Assembly (NCBI RefSeq): GCF_002197845.1
Contig: NZ_NIDE01000017.1
Coordinates: forward strand, 386,712-418,711
Direction: 5' to 3'
Length of the DNA: 32,000 nt
Origin: Fimbriiglobus ruber
Lineage (GTDB): Bacteria; Planctomycetota; Planctomycetia; Gemmatales; Gemmataceae
Shown here: in pieces, positions 31,247 through 32,000 of the stretch
Position numbering within the stretch: position 1 is the first letter of the stretch
Layout: every line of letters starts with the position of its first letter
Program-made: the position numbers and the translations under genes
Notes under the pieces: model-generated
Told to the model about the DNA's origin: nothing
Databases searched by the model: none
The model's input: only the letters and a program-made list of their open reading frames with translations

Positions 31247-31771
31247 ATGCGTCCCCAATATTCGTTTCCCGAACCCGTGGTCCAAGCGATCGCGGACGCG
31301 CGCTATCGGCACCCGGACCCGCGTGTCCAAGAGCGGATGGAGATTCTCTGGCTCAAGACCCGGAACGTGACGCACAGTCGGATCGCGGAGTTGGCCAACG
31401 TGTCGCGCTCCACGGTGCAGCGGACCCTGCGGATCTATGCGGCGAAGGGTCTGGATGGGGTCCGATCGTTCGGCTGGAAGGGCCAACCCAGTGCGCTGAC
31501 ACCGCATCACGGGACGATCGAAGACGCGTTTCGCCGGCACCCGCCGCACACGGCCCACGAGGCGGCGCGGCGGATCGAGGACCTGACGGGCGTCCGACGC
31601 AAGGCGTCGCGGGTGCGCCAGTTCTTGAAAGAGGATCTGGGGATGAAATGCCTGAAGGTGGCACCCATCCCGGTGCCGCCCAAGAAAACGGTCGACGAAC
31701 ACGCCCGCACGCAGGCGGATTTTTTAAAAGACGGAACTGGAACCGAAGTTGGCGGAAGCCCGCGACGGTAA
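31247..31771 (+). CDS. IS630-family transposase, N-terminal HTH/winged-helix part (orfA)
   Basis: HSRIAELANVSRSTVQRTLRIYAAKGLDGV and AHEAARRIEDLTGVRRKASRVRQFLKEDLGMKCLK are typical paired HTH modules of IS630/Tc1-like transposases. GAGGG lies upstream of the ATG. Confidence 0.8.
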   Translation: MRPQYSFPEPVVQAIADARYRHPDPRVQERMEILWLKTRNVTHSRIAELANVSRSTVQRTLRIYAAKGLDGVRSFGWKGQPSALTPHHGTIEDAFRRHPPHTAHEAARRIEDLTGVRRKASRVRQFLKEDLGMKCLKVAPIPVPPKKTVDEHARTQADFLKDGTGTEVGGSPRR

Positions 31772-32000
31772 GCGGACGGTGTACTTCGTGGACGCGTCGC
31801 ACTTCGTCTTGGCGTCGTTCCTGGGGTGGGTGTGGTGCTTCGTCCGGTTACATGTCCGGGCCGCGTCGGGACGGCAGAGGTACAACGTGCTGGGTGCGCT
31901 GAACGCGGTCACGCACGAGCTGGTGACAGAAATCAACACGACGTACATCACGGCCACCTCGGTGTGTGCGTTGCTCCGCAAGATCGCGGCCCTCGGTGGG
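31728..32000 (+). CDS. IS630-family transposase, DDE catalytic part (orfB, +1 frame, partial at the window end)
   Basis: The +1 frame reads KTELEPKLAEARDGKRTVYFVDASHFVLASFLG...RYNVLGALNAVTHELVTEINTTYITATSV with no stop to position 32000. VYFVDASHF is the first-Asp block of the DDE motif. Confidence 0.75.

Larger units (their letters stand above)
31148..32000 (+). mobile_element. IS630-family insertion sequence, left part (continues beyond the window; left boundary inferred)
   Basis: Contains an IS630-type transposase in two frames. The inferred left junction is at TA 31146-31147, where NadV homology ends, about 100 nt upstream of the transposase ATG. Confidence 0.7.

Noticed and set aside
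31148-31702. N-terminal 185 aa of the track ORF 29807..31702, as an extension of NadV
   Set aside because: NAMPT homology stops at 31147. The extension is antisense to the IS630 transposase gene and has no start-proximal RBS. It is treated as an open-frame artefact across the IS junction.
1113-32000. Idea that the two IS elements bracket a composite transposon or genomic island
   Set aside because: The elements belong to different families (IS1380 versus IS630). The intervening genes are mostly housekeeping with host-like composition, and no shared flanking repeats are seen.
1-32000. Search for CRISPR arrays, tRNA, rRNA, tmRNA or RNase P-like sequences in the intergenic regions
   Set aside because: No regularly spaced direct repeats, no T-loop (GTTCGANTC)/acceptor-stem arrangement and no rRNA-like stretches were found by eye. 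A covariance-model scan would be needed to exclude small RNAs.

Overview
GC-rich bacterial chromosomal segment, most likely from a planctomycete (Gemmataceae-like). That inference rests on a DUF1559/H-X9-DG prepilin-like gene, methanopterin/methanofuran-type cofactor genes and giant Ser/Thr kinases. Left to right: a partial ORF; a CAP/SCP-domain protein; an IS1380-family IS; a tight minus-strand cofactor operon (RimK-like ATP-grasp, CitG-like, PTPS/QueD-like); three lower-GC orphan genes; an S2P protease plus MlaE/MlaF/MlaD-type MCE transporter cluster interrupted by a 78-bp perfect palindrome; a papain-fold-like orphan; class II DAHP synthase; ScpA. Next come two tandem paralogous ~1200-aa proteins that fuse a Hanks-type kinase to a tubulin/FtsZ-like GTPase core. 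This pair is the stand-out candidate for an undescribed system. The window then holds MfnB; a large secreted glycosidase-like protein; a DUF4198-Kelch protein; a DUF1559 pilin-like protein; a HemP-like mini-gene absent from the ORF track; and NadV/NAMPT, whose 5' end appears replaced by an IS630-family element with a split transposase running off the right edge. I recognised no rRNA, tRNA or CRISPR array. Many long ORFs in the track are antisense or out-of-frame shadow ORFs typical of high-GC DNA. All functional calls rest on motif recognition by eye; no database search was run.
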